The translations under genes and the position numbers were made by a program. Positions 55,758 through 56,996 of a DNA stretch of 56,996 nt are shown here, piece by piece; the first letter of the stretch is position 1; each line of letters opens with the position of its first letter. The stretch is from IMG/VR virus record IMGVR_UViG_3300044843_001102; one strand, written 5' to 3'. Below the pieces are notes generated by a model. That model was not told the DNA's origin, did not search any database, and was given only the letters and a program-made list of their open reading frames with translations. The stretch comes from an uncultured virus (IMG/VR IMGVR_UViG_3300044843_001102) (lineage: Duplodnaviria > Heunggongvirae > Uroviricota > Caudoviricetes).

Positions 55758-56996
55758 TTATTTATTCTTTGCTTGTAATTCTGCCACAGTTTGTTCCAGT
55801 TTTTCAATCTTCTCTAATAAATGTTTTATTACTGCTGTGTGATATGGGATTACTTGGTCATAAGCGATTGTAAGTTGAACTTGATCTGGGCTTACAAATC
55901 CGTCTTCGTCAATCTCTTCTTTCACCTTTTCATTTTTAATTGCTCCGACTAAATGGTCGAATCCGGCTTTATGAGTTTGTTGTGCAGAGAAACCTGTTTT
56001 TAATCCTTTATCTTCGCCGTCTTTCCAAGTAAACTTGATAGGCTTTACATTGTTTACCAAATCAATGGCTTCTTGTAGCGGAATTTCTCCTTGTATGTCT
56101 TTTAATCTTTCATCAGATGTTGCATCAAGTTCTGAACATTGAATACGATTATCGCAATATAAAGTATATGGTGCTGTTGTGCCGCTTAATGGTCCACCAG
56201 CACCACCGGCAAAAACATAACCATAACTACCTATGGTGTAAGTTTTGCTACCATACATACTTACGTATGCAGTTGCGGTTGTAGAAGAACCCATTGTGAT
56301 TGCAGTTGCTGCTGCTCCACCAGAAACGGGACTTTGATTTCCTATAATAATTGAACCACTATTCGCATTAATCCACAATGATTGTCCAGTGCCTCTAGAA
56401 TGAATGTGGAAATTTCCGTCGTCATATATTTGACTATTATTGTTATTGAATCTCAAAGAACCAGAAGTTGCATCATTGCTTACAACTGTTGCTGCTGTGG
56501 TTCCGTTTACAGAAAGATTTCCGTTGTCGGTTAAAGAAAGTAATACTTGATTATAAGCATTATTTACTATTTCAAGCGAACCACTATTATCCACTCTAAA
56601 TGTTTTAGCGGGAGTTCCTGCCCCAGAAGAAGCATTTGTAACACGCATAAAATCAAGGTATGTAGAACCACCAACAGTTCCAGAACCAAAAACACTAATT
56701 GAAGCAGTAACACCTGATGTTGGCGAAGTCATAAACGAACCACTCATCAACATTAGGTTTGTTGTGTTATATGTTAGATTGGCATTATCTGTTAATCTTC
56801 CATTTGTTGTGGCAAAAGGAACTCGACCAGATGTTAGACCTTCGCTTAAAGCAATTTCTTTTCTTGAAGGACCAGTTGTAATTGAAGCATAATACTTATC
56901 AGTTAAAAATTCAATAGCACCCGCTTCTGCTGTACCAAGTAGAGTTCCAGAGTTAAATTTCAAAGGCGCTGTGTTTGCAGTTGCCGTTCCTGCTTT
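55758..56996 (-). CDS. Tail fibre/spike with C-terminal intramolecular chaperone (peptidase S74); 5' end outside the window
   Basis: SDERLKDI...P..F.WK...GFSAQ...Y...coiled coil; G/S/T-rich shaft; frame open to the right edge. Confidence 0.85.
   Translation of the reverse strand, partial: KAGTATANTAPLKFNSGTLLGTAEAGAIEFLTDKYYASITTGPSRKEIALSEGLTSGRVPFATTNGRLTDNANLTYNTTNLMLMSGSFMTSPTSGVTASISVFGSGTVGGSTYLDFMRVTNASSGAGTPAKTFRVDNSGSLEIVNNAYNQVLLSLTDNGNLSVNGTTAATVVSNDATSGSLRFNNNNSQIYDDGNFHIHSRGTGQSLWINANSGSIIIGNQSPVSGGAAATAITMGSSTTATAYVSMYGSKTYTIGSYGYVFAGGAGGPLSGTTAPYTLYCDNRIQCSELDATSDERLKDIQGEIPLQEAIDLVNNVKPIKFTWKDGEDKGLKTGFSAQQTHKAGFDHLVGAIKNEKVKEEIDEDGFVSPDQVQLTIAYDQVIPYHTAVIKHLLEKIEKLEQTVAELQAKNK

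Noticed and set aside
1..56996. Alternative genetic code (stop-codon reassignment)
   Set aside because: Code 11 gives dense, full-length conserved genes, and TAA, TAG and TGA all end recognisable proteins.
1..56996. Bacterial chromosome or prophage, given dnaE, recA, dnaB, sod and rpsU
   Set aside because: These genes are divergent, interleaved with T4-like virion genes on a single strand, and no integrase or cellular operon context is present.
1..56996. tRNA or other structured RNA genes
   Set aside because: Intergenic gaps are short and explained by promoters and terminators; no cloverleaf was recognised by eye. tRNAscan-SE or Infernal would be needed to exclude them fully.

Overview
Fragment of a large, AT-rich, T4-like (contractile-tail) dsDNA phage genome. 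Essentially all genes lie on the minus strand and the standard genetic code fits. Reading right to left: a tail fibre with an S74 chaperone; the head module (prohead protease, ribosomal protein bS21, acidic scaffold, gp23-type major capsid); a four-gene host-envelope cassette (two Cys-rich lipoproteins of a type typical of Myxococcota, an OmpA-like protein, a lytic transglycosylase); neck, tail and baseplate genes; then a replication and nucleotide-metabolism region (minimal family A polymerase, tubulin/PhuZ-like protein, gp32-type SSB, RecA, 5'-3' exonuclease, DnaB, class II RNR, GroES-like protein, ThyX, DnaE, dUTPase, thioredoxin, stand-alone sigma-4 protein). The most striking unexplained pattern is a dispersed set of genes that mostly sit behind a shared ACTATTTA upstream motif and encode N-terminal amphipathic leaders ending in (L/I)-x-E, the prohead-protease cleavage motif of T4. 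The set includes a 923-aa apparent polyprotein and a superoxide dismutase, suggesting a protease-processed, capsid-packaged cargo system. Early genes use sigma70-consensus promoters, several of which have their -10 box embedded in a terminator-like hairpin. All family assignments come from motif recognition by eye; no searches were run.
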